Source: an uncultured Planctomycetaceae bacterium
GTDB taxonomy: Bacteria > Planctomycetota > Planctomycetia > Isosphaerales > Isosphaeraceae
Reading direction: 5' to 3'
Length of the DNA stretch: 64,000 bases
Assembly (NCBI GenBank): GCA_963833985.1
Contig: CAWIAD010000001.1
Coordinates: forward strand, 2,592,001 to 2,656,000
Shown here: positions 21,111-31,219 of the stretch, piece by piece
Position numbering within the stretch: the first letter of the stretch is position 1
Layout of the letters: each line of letters opens with the position of its first letter
The notes under the pieces: model-generated
The model's database searches: none
Seen by the model: only the letters and a program-made list of their open reading frames with translations
Told to the model about the DNA's origin: nothing
Made by a program: the position numbers and the translations under genes

Positions 21111-22367
21111 ATGCCGTACTGGCCGTCGCAGCAACTCGTGGAGCTGAACTGGACGACCATCATCGTCTGGGCGCTCTGGCTGCTGGTCGGCTTCTTCGGG
21201 ATCTTCCCGGGGATCGTGGCCTACATGGTGTGGCTGGAGCGGAAGGTGGCGGCGCGGTTCCAGGACCGGATCGGCCCGAACCGTGTGGGGCCGCTGGGTC
21301 TCTTGCAGCCCATCGCCGACGCCATCAAGCTGATTACCAAGGAAGACATCGTCCCTCGCGGCGCGGACCGCTGGGTGCATCTGGCCGCGCCGGTGCTGGT
21401 GATCGTGTCCTCGTTCCTGGTGATGGCGGTGATCCCCTTCGCGGTGGGTCTGGTTCCGGTGGATCTCCCCTCGGGGCTGGTCTACCTGATCGCCGTCTCC
21501 AGCATCAGCCCGCTGGGCATCTTCCTGGCCGGCTGGTCCAGCCGCAACAAGTACTCGCTGCTGGGAGCCATGCGGGCGGTAGCGCAGCTTGTCTCGTACG
21601 AGGTGCCGCAGGTCCTCTCCACCATCCCCATCGTGCTCTGGGCCGGCAGCCTGAGCCTGGTGACGATCTTTGGCCGGCAGGTGGAGTTCGGCTGGTTCGT
21701 CTGCTCGCCCCCCGGTTTCCTGGCGTTTGTGGTCCTCCTGATTGCCAGCACGGCCGAGGTGAACCGAACGCCCTTCGACCTGCCCGAGGCCGAGTCCGAG
21801 ATCATCGCCGGCTACCACACCGAGTACTCGAGCATGCGGTTTGGCCTCTTCTTCCTTGCCGAGTACCTGAGCGTCTTCGCGATCAGCTGCCTGGCCACGG
21901 CGCTCTTTCTGGGCGGGGGCACGCCGTTGCCGTTCGTCGATTTCCCGACCAACCTGATCAGCGAGGACTCGACACTCTCGCTGGTGCTCGCCGACCTGGT
22001 CCTGGTCACGGTGTTCTCGCTCAAGGTGCTGACGTTCATCTTCATCATGTTCTGGGTGCGGGCCACGCTGCCGCGGATGCGGGTGGACCGGCTGATGAAC
22101 TTCGCCTGGAAGTACCTCGTGCCGCTGTCCATTGCCAACATCCTGATCGCGGGGATCTGGTACGAGATGGTCATCCGCCCGGGTTACCTGACCCTCGGCA
22201 ACTGGTTGAAGGGCTTCACGGTGACGGGCATACTGGTGGTCCTCACCGTTTATGTGGTTTTTCTGTTCAATCGCCTGGCAACCGCCCGGGTGCCGCTGGG
22301 GTCGGAATGGCCAAGCGTGGGCCATTTGCGAGCCGGCGACCCGGTCAGCCACGCGGTGCGATCCTGA
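21111..22367 (+). CDS. nuoH: NADH:quinone oxidoreductase subunit H
   Basis: ERKVAARFQDRIGPNRVGP, ADAIKLITKE, NRTPFDLPEAESE, PRMRVD. Confidence 0.95.
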   Translation: MPYWPSQQLVELNWTTIIVWALWLLVGFFGIFPGIVAYMVWLERKVAARFQDRIGPNRVGPLGLLQPIADAIKLITKEDIVPRGADRWVHLAAPVLVIVSSFLVMAVIPFAVGLVPVDLPSGLVYLIAVSSISPLGIFLAGWSSRNKYSLLGAMRAVAQLVSYEVPQVLSTIPIVLWAGSLSLVTIFGRQVEFGWFVCSPPGFLAFVVLLIASTAEVNRTPFDLPEAESEIIAGYHTEYSSMRFGLFFLAEYLSVFAISCLATALFLGGGTPLPFVDFPTNLISEDSTLSLVLADLVLVTVFSLKVLTFIFIMFWVRATLPRMRVDRLMNFAWKYLVPLSIANILIAGIWYEMVIRPGYLTLGNWLKGFTVTGILVVLTVYVVFLFNRLATARVPLGSEWPSVGHLRAGDPVSHAVRS

Positions 22368-22433
22368 AGCTGCGGGCGCGGGTGGCGCGAGACGATCAAC
22401 GGTCTGGAGATTCGAGCGAATCGGAGAGAGCCC

Positions 22434-23123
22434 GTGATTCAGTACGTTTTCCTGCTGATCGCCGCCCTGGGCCTGCTTACGGCGCTCGGCGCCGTGCTGG
22501 CTCGCAACTTGGTGCACGCCGCGCTCTTCCTGGTGGCCTTCTTCTTCACGATCGCCTGCCAGTTCGTGCTCCTGGAGGCCGAGTTCCTGGCCGCGCTGCA
22601 AGTGCTGGTCTACATCGGCGCGGTGGCGATCATCCTGATGTTCGGCATCATGCTCACCCGCAACATCCAGGGAGACGACACCACGATCGTCGTCGGCGGA
22701 TGGAAGGTTCCAGCCCTCATCGCTGGTCTCTGCATCTTCGCGATCCTCTGCTTCGGCATCAACAATGCCGTGGCTCCCGCCGCCCGGAGCGCCTGGTCGG
22801 AGGCGAACGTCCGGCCGTCGATCGCGGCCGACGCCGGCTCGGACAGGGCGACGGTGCAGCGCCGCGAGGCCGTGAACAACATGGCCCGCACCGTGGGCAA
22901 CGAGCTCATGACGCGCTACGTCGTGGCCTTCGAGGTCGCCGGGCTGCTGCTCACGGTCGCCCTGGTGGGGGCGATCGCGCTGGCCCACCGAGAAGAGGAT
23001 GATCCGGGTGTCAGCCCGGCTGGCGGCCGGCTCGTGAAGCAGGCCGCCGGGACAGGACCGGCTACGGCGCCTGGCGCCAGCCTGGTGGTCGGCAGCGGCG
23101 CTCCCGGAACCAAGGCTCTCTGA
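22434..23123 (+). CDS. nuoJ: NADH:quinone oxidoreductase subunit J
   Basis: AEFLAALQVLVYIGAVAIILMFGIML, FEVAGLLL. Confidence 0.93.
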   Translation: MIQYVFLLIAALGLLTALGAVLARNLVHAALFLVAFFFTIACQFVLLEAEFLAALQVLVYIGAVAIILMFGIMLTRNIQGDDTTIVVGGWKVPALIAGLCIFAILCFGINNAVAPAARSAWSEANVRPSIAADAGSDRATVQRREAVNNMARTVGNELMTRYVVAFEVAGLLLTVALVGAIALAHREEDDPGVSPAGGRLVKQAAGTGPATAPGASLVVGSGAPGTKAL

Positions 23124-23141
23124 CCTGATTGCGAGACTCCC

Positions 23142-23471
23142 ATGGCATCCGACATTCCGCTGAGCTGGTTCCTCTACTTCGCCGCGGCGTCCTTTTCGAT
23201 CGGGCTGGTTGGCGTGCTGCTGCGGCGCAACGCCATCGCCGTGCTGATGGCCATCGAGATCATGCTCAATGCCGCGAACGTGAACCTGGTAGCCTTCTGG
23301 CGATATGGCACGGCACCGCCGAACGCCGGTCCCTTGCCGGGGGTCATCCTTGCCCTGTTCGTGATCACCGTGGCCGCCGCCGAGGTTGCGGTGGGCATCG
23401 GCATGATCTTGCTGTGCTACCGCCGCTGGCACGCCGCCGACGTGGACCGCTATGACAGTATGTCGGGGTAG
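23142..23471 (+). CDS. nuoK: NADH:quinone oxidoreductase subunit K
   Basis: RRNAI..MAIEIMLNAAN, AAAEVAVG (both conserved Glu present). Confidence 0.95.
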   Translation: MASDIPLSWFLYFAAASFSIGLVGVLLRRNAIAVLMAIEIMLNAANVNLVAFWRYGTAPPNAGPLPGVILALFVITVAAAEVAVGIGMILLCYRRWHAADVDRYDSMSG

Positions 23472-23660
23472 TGGCCGTGCACAGTGGGAAAGGCCGTCGA
23501 CTCGTGAGCTTGACTTGCAAAGCTGTCACGATGGCTTGAACATTCGTCTGCATCCTGCACAGAAGAGTCTCTTCACGGCCACAGCCTGGCGGCGACTGGC
23601 CTTCGCGATCACTGGCCGATGGCTGCTGGCCACTGGCCACCCGGAATCCGAGTAAGCCCA

Positions 23661-25577
23661 ATGGACCCGAATCTACCCGCCGTCGACTTCCGCGATTTCT
23701 GGTACCTCGCTCCGGCGATCGTCCTGTCGGCGTGGGGGCTGGTGGTGCTGCTGGCCGACCTGGCGGTGGCCCGGCGGATGACGCCGGAGAAGCGGCGCAC
23801 GGCGATCGGCTGGCTGGCCCTGGGCGGTGTGGTGCTGGCGCTCCTGAGCGCCATCGGGCTCATGCAAGTGCAGCAACTTTCGCAAGGTGACGTCCAGGAT
23901 GTCCCCGGCTGGATCAGCCCGTCGCTGGCCGAGTACTTCAGTAGCTCAAACGGAGCGATCTTCCTGGGAACGCTGTCGGCGGACATGCAGACCGGCGTGT
24001 TCAATGTGATCTTCATCGCGATCCTCGGGCTCGTGATCTGGCTCTCCATGACCTGGTCGTTCACCGAGGAATGGGGCGAGTACTTCGCGCTGATCACCTG
24101 GGCCACCGTGGGCATGATGTTGCTGGCCGCCTCCGAGGAGCTGGTGACGCTGTTCCTCACGCTCGAGACAATGACGATCTGCCTCTACCTGACCACCGCC
24201 TTCGAGAAAACGCGCCGGCGGTCGCCCGAGGGAGGGCTGAAGTACTTCGTCTACGGCTCGGTCTCCTCGGCCCTCTTCCTCTTCGGCCTGAGCATGGTCT
24301 ACGGCCTGACCGGGACCACCCAGTTCGAGGCCATCCGCATCGCCCTGGCGTCGTCGGGCCCGGCCGCGCAGGGCCTTTCCGGCAACGTGGCCGGAGCGAC
24401 GGCGCTGCTGCTCATGATGGTTGGCTTCGGCTTCAAGATCGCCGCCGTGCCATTTCACCAGTGGGCGCCGGACGCGTATGAAGGAGCCCCCGCGCCCGTG
24501 ACGGCTCTCATCGCCACAGGCAGCAAGCTGGCCAGCTTCGTCGTGCTCATGAAGGTCTTCCTGCACGCGCTGCAACCCTGGTCGCACCCGTCGAACACGC
24601 TCATGGGGCCTGGGTGGCTGGGGGTGATCGCGGTGATTTCGGCTGTGACGATGACCTACGGCAACTTCGCCGCGCTCGCGCAGCGAAACTTCAAACGGAT
24701 GCTGGCGTACTCGTCGATCGCCCACGCCGGCTACATGCTGGTGGGCGTCGCGGCCGCGAGCGTTTCCAGCCGAGGCGCCATCGCGGCCGGCTCGGTACTC
24801 TACTACCTGGTGGTCTACGCCTTCACGAACATCGGCGCCTTCGCCGTCGCGGCCTGGCTGGTGCGCGATAAGAAAACCGATGACATCGACGATCTCAACG
24901 GCCTGGGCACGCAGTCGCCGCTGCTGGCCATCTGCATCCTGATCCTCATGCTCTCGCTCATCGGCATCCCACCCTTCGCCGGGTTCTTCGGCAAGCTCTA
25001 CATGTTCATGGAGGCCCTCAACCAGCAGCACGCCGAGACCCGGCTGACCCTCATGGGACTGGTGGCGCTGGGGCTCATGAACTCGGTCGTCTCGGCGTTC
25101 TACTACGTGCGCGTGCTCAAGGCGATGTACCTGCGCGAGCCGAGCGGCGGGCGCAGGCTGGCGCTGGCGGGGCGTCCGGTCGAGGTGCCCATTGCCATCG
25201 GTGCGTTCGTCGCCATCTTCTTCGGCCTCTATCCCGACCCGCTCATCTCGACGATGCAGGCCGCGGCCGTACCCATGCTGACGACGACATCCGGCGGCTT
25301 CTCCTCGATGGTCTCCGCACCGCTTGGAACCGAGTACAAGCCGCTGCCTCCGCCCAAGGCCATGCCTCCTGCCAAGGTCATCGATCCGGAGCTGGCCAAG
25401 AAATACGGGGCCTCGATGAAGAAGGCACAACAAACGATGACGCCCGGCGCCCAACCCAAGGCCGCCACCAAGACACAGACCAAGAACGCCCCCCCGGGCG
25501 AGCCCAGGAAGGCCGCTCCCGCACCCGCAAAAGACGCGCCCGCCGGGAAAGCCAAGGCAGTGCCCAAGAGCGGTTGA
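23661..25577 (+). CDS. nuoN: NADH:quinone oxidoreductase subunit N with Lys/Pro/Ala-rich C-terminal extension
   Basis: EGGLKYF, FKIAAVPFHQWAPDAYEGAP, KRMLAYSSIAHAGY, GIPPFAGFFGK, YYVRV. Confidence 0.93.
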   Translation: MDPNLPAVDFRDFWYLAPAIVLSAWGLVVLLADLAVARRMTPEKRRTAIGWLALGGVVLALLSAIGLMQVQQLSQGDVQDVPGWISPSLAEYFSSSNGAIFLGTLSADMQTGVFNVIFIAILGLVIWLSMTWSFTEEWGEYFALITWATVGMMLLAASEELVTLFLTLETMTICLYLTTAFEKTRRRSPEGGLKYFVYGSVSSALFLFGLSMVYGLTGTTQFEAIRIALASSGPAAQGLSGNVAGATALLLMMVGFGFKIAAVPFHQWAPDAYEGAPAPVTALIATGSKLASFVVLMKVFLHALQPWSHPSNTLMGPGWLGVIAVISAVTMTYGNFAALAQRNFKRMLAYSSIAHAGYMLVGVAAASVSSRGAIAAGSVLYYLVVYAFTNIGAFAVAAWLVRDKKTDDIDDLNGLGTQSPLLAICILILMLSLIGIPPFAGFFGKLYMFMEALNQQHAETRLTLMGLVALGLMNSVVSAFYYVRVLKAMYLREPSGGRRLALAGRPVEVPIAIGAFVAIFFGLYPDPLISTMQAAAVPMLTTTSGGFSSMVSAPLGTEYKPLPPPKAMPPAKVIDPELAKKYGASMKKAQQTMTPGAQPKAATKTQTKNAPPGEPRKAAPAPAKDAPAGKAKAVPKSG

Positions 25578-25668
25578 GCCATCACAGAGTACGGCCAGAG
25601 TGAGCCTTGCCTCCCGGAAGAAGTCCACCCGCGTACCGATAGAGCGTCACTCACGAGATCTCAGACCC

Positions 25669-26076
25669 ATGGCGATCATCAATACCTTTCAGAAATGCCT
25701 GGACAGCCCCTACCTCATCGAGGACAAGGAGGCGCCGGCGAAGAATGGAGAGCTGCTGGCGAAGGCGGGCGACCGGCTGGAAGCGGCGGTGAACATCCAA
25801 ACCTCCGGCCAGGGCGACCCGGCCGACGTGGTCTTCCTGAGCTACGAGGCAATGTTCTGCTGCCTACGCGCGCTGGTCTATGCCAAAGGCTACCGCGAGT
25901 ACGGCCTGCGCTGCCTGCTGCTGGCCTGCGAGAACCTCTACGTCCGGACCGGACAGCTCGAGGCCGAGCATCTGCGCCAGTTCGAGCTCGCCCAGCGGCT
26001 CAAGCTCGCTCCAGCCGACGCCGTCGCCGCCTCCTCCGCATTCGTCAAGCGCACGCTCGAGCTCCTGGGTCAGTGA
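25669..26076 (+). CDS. HEPN-fold protein, divergent (no Rx4-6H motif)
   Basis: SYEAMFCCLRALVYAKGYRE matches the HEPN Y-x-AMF-x-x-x-RALL-x-x-x-G helix; ends ASSAFVKRTLELL. Confidence 0.65.
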   Translation: MAIINTFQKCLDSPYLIEDKEAPAKNGELLAKAGDRLEAAVNIQTSGQGDPADVVFLSYEAMFCCLRALVYAKGYREYGLRCLLLACENLYVRTGQLEAEHLRQFELAQRLKLAPADAVAASSAFVKRTLELLGQ

Positions 26077-26248
26077 ACTTTCACCGGACCTGAGCCTCGA
26101 GCACACGATCCGCCCGGGTCTTCCGGCACGCCGGGACGCATTTCGTGGGAATCAGGGGGCGTCGACGTGGCTCTTTCTTCCTGGAAAGAGCAGGCGGGTC
26201 ATGGGGACTCGCTGATCACGCACGGCCCTTTTCCGGACTCCAGCACGG

Positions 26249-29234
26249 ATGAAAGCACCAGGGACCCACGCCACTCTGTGCGGCGATCTCGCGACGCTGC
26301 ACTCGCTCGGCTCCGCCGGCTCGCTCACCGACGGCGAGGTGCTGGAGCAATTCGTCAGCCCGGGCGACCCTGCTGCCGCGGAAGCCGCATTCCGCATGCT
26401 CGTCGAGCGTCACAGCCCGATGGTCCTGTCGGTTTGCCGGCAGCGGCTGAACGACCCGAACGACGCCGAGGACGCGTTCCAGGCAACCTTCCTTCTGCTG
26501 GTGCGCAAGGCCCGCTCGATTCGTCATCACCAGGCGCTGGGCGGCTGGCTCTTCGTCACAGCCCGGCGAGTCGCCGCGCGAGCCAGATCTCGTGCAGCCC
26601 GGCGCAGGCGAGTCGAGTCTAACGCGGGAATGATCTCCCGGGACGCCGACGAAGCGGCCACCCCGCCGCCAGACGGCTCCTGGTCCTCGCTGTACGAGGA
26701 GATCGAACGGCTCCCGGGCGTCTTTCGAGATCCGCTCGTGCTGCACTACTTCGACGGTCAGACCGCCGAGTCGATTGCACGCAGGCTGGGCTGCCCTCGA
26801 AACACGGTTCTCTCCCGGCTGGCCCGGGCGCGGAAGCGGCTCAGGCATCGGCTCACACGCAGAGGGATCGAGCTGAGCATCCTGATCGGACCAGGCCAAT
26901 CGCCGTCATGGTTGCGAGATCCATTTCTTCCACGCCCGCTCATCGAGGCCACAACGCGGTGCGCGGGCTGGCTCCTGCGCGGCACCGGGCTGCCGCACGG
27001 CCGTCCCAACTTCAATACAGGCACTGGCCCGCAACGCCGGGCGGTCGCTGGCGTTTGAGGCCGTCCTCCGAAGCTTACCGACCGCGCTACTGGCCTGCCT
27101 GGCCATCGGTCTGGGTTTGGGTCTCGGTCTCGTCGTGACAACGGCCAGGGAGCAAGATCCACCGCCCGCGACTCGACTACAGAACGAAGCCTCACGTGAT
27201 TCGCGCTCACCGGCTGCGAACGCCCCCGCTCGTCGGACCAAGGTGACCGGTCCGATGGTAGAGATCCGCGGCCGGGTGGTCGATTCCGCAGGACGGCCCG
27301 TACCCGGGGCGAAGATCGTGCTGGATCCGAAGATGAATTCGATCACGGGGGAGGAATTCGCCATCCCCACCGAGCATGCCACTTCCGACCACGCGGGCCG
27401 GTTTGCCTTCACGCTGCCGCGCGCGGTGATCGCCGCCTTGCACAGGGGCAATAGCTCTGAAGAAATCCCCGCGCTCGCCGCCATCGCACCCGGCTGGGCG
27501 ACGGCCTGGATCGATCTGCCGAAGGCGGATGACGCCGGACACGAGCTCGACCTCAAGCTGACAGCGGACGACGTGCCGATCACGGGCAAAGTGGTCGATG
27601 ATCAGGGACATCCCATCGCCGGCGTGCGCGCATCGGTGTTCATGATCATCGAGCCGCACAGTCGAAACGCGCGTGAGTTCTTGCGCCAGGCTCGCAGTAC
27701 CGACCGCGAGGAGCAGGCGAAGGCCCTGTACAGCTTCCGTAGGATGCTTGCCCTCGCGTTCTACCCCGATGCTCCTGCGGCCCGGACCGATGCGCGGGGC
27801 GAGTTTCGCCTCACCGGCGTTGGCCGCGACCGGATCGTCCTGCTGGACCTGGACGGCCCGAGCATCGCGGGCATGCAGGTCATGGTCATCACAACCTCCG
27901 AGCCGATGCAAGAACCGATCGTGTTCAATCCCGGTGACGAGCCTTCCTACCGCATCCACGGCCCGCGATTCGAGGTCAAGGCTGCGCCCGGACGCGAGCT
28001 GGCCGGCACGATCCGGGACAGCCAGACCGGTCAAGTGATTGAAGGAGTGCGACTCATCTCCTTGCATGAACACGACGAGAGTGCCAGCCTGGCCAGCTCG
28101 GATTCCCGGGGCCGCTATCGCCTGAGCGGCCTACCGGTGTCGGAAGATTGCCGTATCACCATCGATCCCAGGAATCTGCCATTCTTTGCGATCAACCAGG
28201 ACGTCGAGATCCCGCCCGGAAATGGTCCCGTACTGCGCGACCTGACCCTGGTCCGCGGCGTGGTCGTGCAGGGGCGCGTGACTCATCGGATCACCGGCCG
28301 GCCGGTCCAGGCCAGGATCGGCTACTTTCCGTTCCGCACCAACCCCGCCTTGCAGGGGGATCACCCAGAGGAGAAGAGCAAGCGTTTCAGGTCGACGGTG
28401 CAGACAGACTTCGACGGCCGTTACCGGCTCGTGGCGCTTCCCGGGCCAGGCCTGCTCGCCGCTCTCGTCCACGAGAAGGGCTTCCTCGGCGCGCAGCCGC
28501 CGGACGAACACCTGCTCGAACAGATTGCCGACAGCCAGGAGTTCGAGAGGGACTTCAAGGTGTTCTCCAAGCAATACCGCCGCATCGAGATCCCGGGAAC
28601 CGTGAAGACCGTCGAGGCCTACACGCGCATGCACTCACTCCAGGTGCTCACGCAGGACTTTGCGCTCGACCCCGGCTGTCCCGTCACCATCCAGGTGGAC
28701 GGACCGGACGGCAAGCCCCTGGCTGCTGGCCGGCCGCTTCATACCGACGGATCCTACGTGCTCGAACGGATCGGCGAGACTCCCGTCTTCCGCTGTCTGC
28801 ACGAGGAACCGGGCAAGAAAGACACGGTCCTCGTTGTGGACCGGGCGCACCAGCTCGGCGGCGTCATCACCCTCGACGGCCACGAGAAAGCGCCCGTTCA
28901 CCTGACTCTCCGATCCACCGGCACGGTCACAGGCCGGCTCGTCGATGACCAGGGTCGCCCGCGTGTCCACGTGCTGCTGGAGGCGGCGAGTCTGGGCGAG
29001 CGAAGAAGCAGCCCCTGGCTGTTCCGGCAGGAAGAGCGGATCGTGACTGGCGAGGATGGCTCGTTCCGGATCACCGGCCTGATTCCCGGCCTCCAGTACC
29101 GCGTTGATGTTCCGCTGATCAACCTGAGCGGAAGAGGATCGAACGAAGGCTATCTGAAAGCCACGCGCTGGTCCTTGAAACCCGGCGAAGCCGTGAACTG
29201 GGGCGACGTCCGGGTGCAGGCCGCCAGGCGGTAG
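26249..29234 (+). CDS. ECF sigma-70 factor fused via a TM segment to carboxypeptidase-regulatory-like repeats; frameshift at ~26990
   Basis: AAFRMLVERHSPMV...DAEDAFQATFLLLVRKARSI...TVLSRLARAR; TM LLACLAIGLGLGLGLVV; repeated GRVVD..GRPV.GA...TD..GRF motifs. Confidence 0.85.
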
Positions 29235-29285
29235 CCCGGGAATCGCCGGGAAGCGCCGACCCGCTTCTCCCCCCAAGCCTCTCTC

Positions 29286-29394
29286 GTGGGACAAGATTCC
29301 AATCTTGTCTCTTCAATTAACGATATTACCGTTTGTTACTTGGTAAACTTACTTTTTAATGAATTCATGCGACAAGATCGGCATCTTTTCCCAC
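29286..29394. repeat. REPIN/MITE-like inverted-repeat element between convergent genes
   Basis: GTGGGACAAGATTCCAATCTTGTC (29286-29309) and inverted copy GACAAGATCGGCATCTTTTCCCAC (29371-29394) flank a 61-bp very AT-rich spacer. Confidence 0.8.
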
Positions 29395-29426
29395 GAAAGG
29401 GCAAGCGTTCTCAGGGTGGATGTTTT

Positions 29427-31022
29427 TCATCCACCTCCACCCAGTGCCTTGAGGATATCTTCTCCCTTCGGCGAACCGAGCCCGGTGCAGGCGTCCCAGC
29501 CAGGGCCGGCGTTGTAGTCTCCATTGCTGCCGGAGACGATGTCATTGAGCGCGCTGGGGTTCTTATAGAGAGTGGGGTTCAGGAAGCCGACGTTGTGCCC
29601 GAGCTTCTGGTTCAGCCGGGCCACAAGGCCCGCCCACAGCGGTGCGACGGCGCTGGTGCCGCCGATCGTCAGCTCCTGGCCGTCCACGTAGATGTTGTAG
29701 CCCGTGGAGGGGTCGGCGTCGGCGGCGACGTCGGGCACGCCGCGGCCCACGGGCCCGGCGGGGTTCACAGCACGCGGCACCCCGGCGTTCTCCTGGTAGG
29801 CGGGCACGGGGAAGATGCGGCTCACACCGCCGCCGGTCTGGCCTTCCCACGCCACCTCGCTGGCGATCTTGTTTCCGGAGACGAGCAGCTTGGTCCCTCC
29901 GCAGCCCAGCGCATTGGGGCTCGAAGCCGGGAAATCCACGGCGGCGTGGTCGGGGTCATTGGGATTGTCACGCGAGCCGCTGTCGCCCGAGGCGGCGCAG
30001 AACGTCACCCCGAGGGCGGCCGCGGCCTGGAGAATCTGGTCGATCTGCTTGACTGCCGGGTCGGTCGCATCCTCCACCGATCCCCAGCTCGTGGAGATCA
30101 CCGTCGGGTTGTGATCGCTGTCGTGCACGGCATGGTCGATGACGTCAAGGAAACCCTGGGCGGTGTTCGGCGCGAAGTAGACGACAATTTTTGCCTTGGG
30201 GGCGACCGAGCCGGCGACCTCGATATCCAGCGCCACCTCGCCGTCGGCGTTGCCCGGAGCGTCCGGGTTGCTGGCAGGCTGGTTCTGGGCTCCGTCCACG
30301 GAAACGGTGATGATTTCCGGCGTCTGCAACCCGATCCCCTGGAAATAGGTATCCAGGTCGGAGGTGTGGAAGCCGCTGCCGCCAGGCGCGGACAGCTCGA
30401 TGATACCGATCACCTGGCCGGTTCCGTCGGCGTCCGGAGGGAAATTGTAGATGGTGGCGAGCTGGTCGGCCGTGAAGGTCTGGGCCTGCGCGCCTGGCTC
30501 CGCGGCGCGGCTGGCCTTGAGTATCTGGAAGTGCGGCCGGGCGTAGGGCCGGTCGTCAAAGCCGACGATGGCTTCGATGATGGAGGAGAGATCAGCGGGC
30601 ACCGTGGCGTGCCCCGTATGGCCGCGATAGCGAACCTTGCCGGACGCGTAGCACCGGAGCTCGACGCCGAAGGCCTTTTCCACCGCGGCCACGGTGCCGA
30701 CCAGATGCACGCTCCGCCGTGCCACGCTGGAAGAAGTGACCGTCAACCCGTGACGGCTGGCGAAGAGCTTGACCTTTTCGAGATCAGACGGAGTGGCTCC
30801 GTGCAGGCTGGCATACTGGTCTCGGGTGAGGTGCCGCCGATGCGCGGGCGGCTGCCCGGCCAGGCTGTGCACTGTGCCTGCGAGCTGGGCATGCGGCGTT
30901 CGGGGCCGGACGCGGATCGTCAGGCGAACTTGTGCATTGGGGTCAGCCGGTCCTTCGTCGACGGACCCGGGGATGAGCGAAAGCAGACTCTGCTGGACCT
31001 TCACCGCGGCTGCTTGAGCCAT
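29427..31022 (-). CDS. S53 family serine-carboxyl peptidase (kumamolisin/sedolisin-like) with pro-domain
   Basis: EVALD (catalytic Glu/Asp), ASGDSG, GGTSAVAP (catalytic Ser), GWDACTGLGSP. Confidence 0.93.
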   Translation of the reverse strand: MAQAAAVKVQQSLLSLIPGSVDEGPADPNAQVRLTIRVRPRTPHAQLAGTVHSLAGQPPAHRRHLTRDQYASLHGATPSDLEKVKLFASRHGLTVTSSSVARRSVHLVGTVAAVEKAFGVELRCYASGKVRYRGHTGHATVPADLSSIIEAIVGFDDRPYARPHFQILKASRAAEPGAQAQTFTADQLATIYNFPPDADGTGQVIGIIELSAPGGSGFHTSDLDTYFQGIGLQTPEIITVSVDGAQNQPASNPDAPGNADGEVALDIEVAGSVAPKAKIVVYFAPNTAQGFLDVIDHAVHDSDHNPTVISTSWGSVEDATDPAVKQIDQILQAAAALGVTFCAASGDSGSRDNPNDPDHAAVDFPASSPNALGCGGTKLLVSGNKIASEVAWEGQTGGGVSRIFPVPAYQENAGVPRAVNPAGPVGRGVPDVAADADPSTGYNIYVDGQELTIGGTSAVAPLWAGLVARLNQKLGHNVGFLNPTLYKNPSALNDIVSGSNGDYNAGPGWDACTGLGSPKGEDILKALGGGG

Positions 31023-31219
31023 CAGACCTCTCCTGGGTTCTTGGTTTTCCTGAGCGTCGGGTCCCGGCCGATTGTGGCTCGGTCACATGAATGAGTCAAG
31101 AATCCTTCCGATCTTTCACCTGCCAGGACCGTCATGAGAGCCCGGTGCCCCACCCGCAATCAGCGGGAGGCCTTCCGGTGAGGCAGGCCAGCCTCGCCCC
31201 GCGGTCTGCACAAGGCAGC

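Noticed and set aside
21051..25628. Long antisense or alternative-frame ORFs (e.g. 21051..23432, 23946..25628; also 13945..16017, 29286..31094, 33944..36016, 8356..9582)
   Set aside because: Shadow ORFs of high-GC genes on the opposite strand, with no domain motifs.
25669..26076. HEPN-MNT toxin-antitoxin or defence system
   Set aside because: No MNT partner, no Rx4-6H motif, no defence-gene context.
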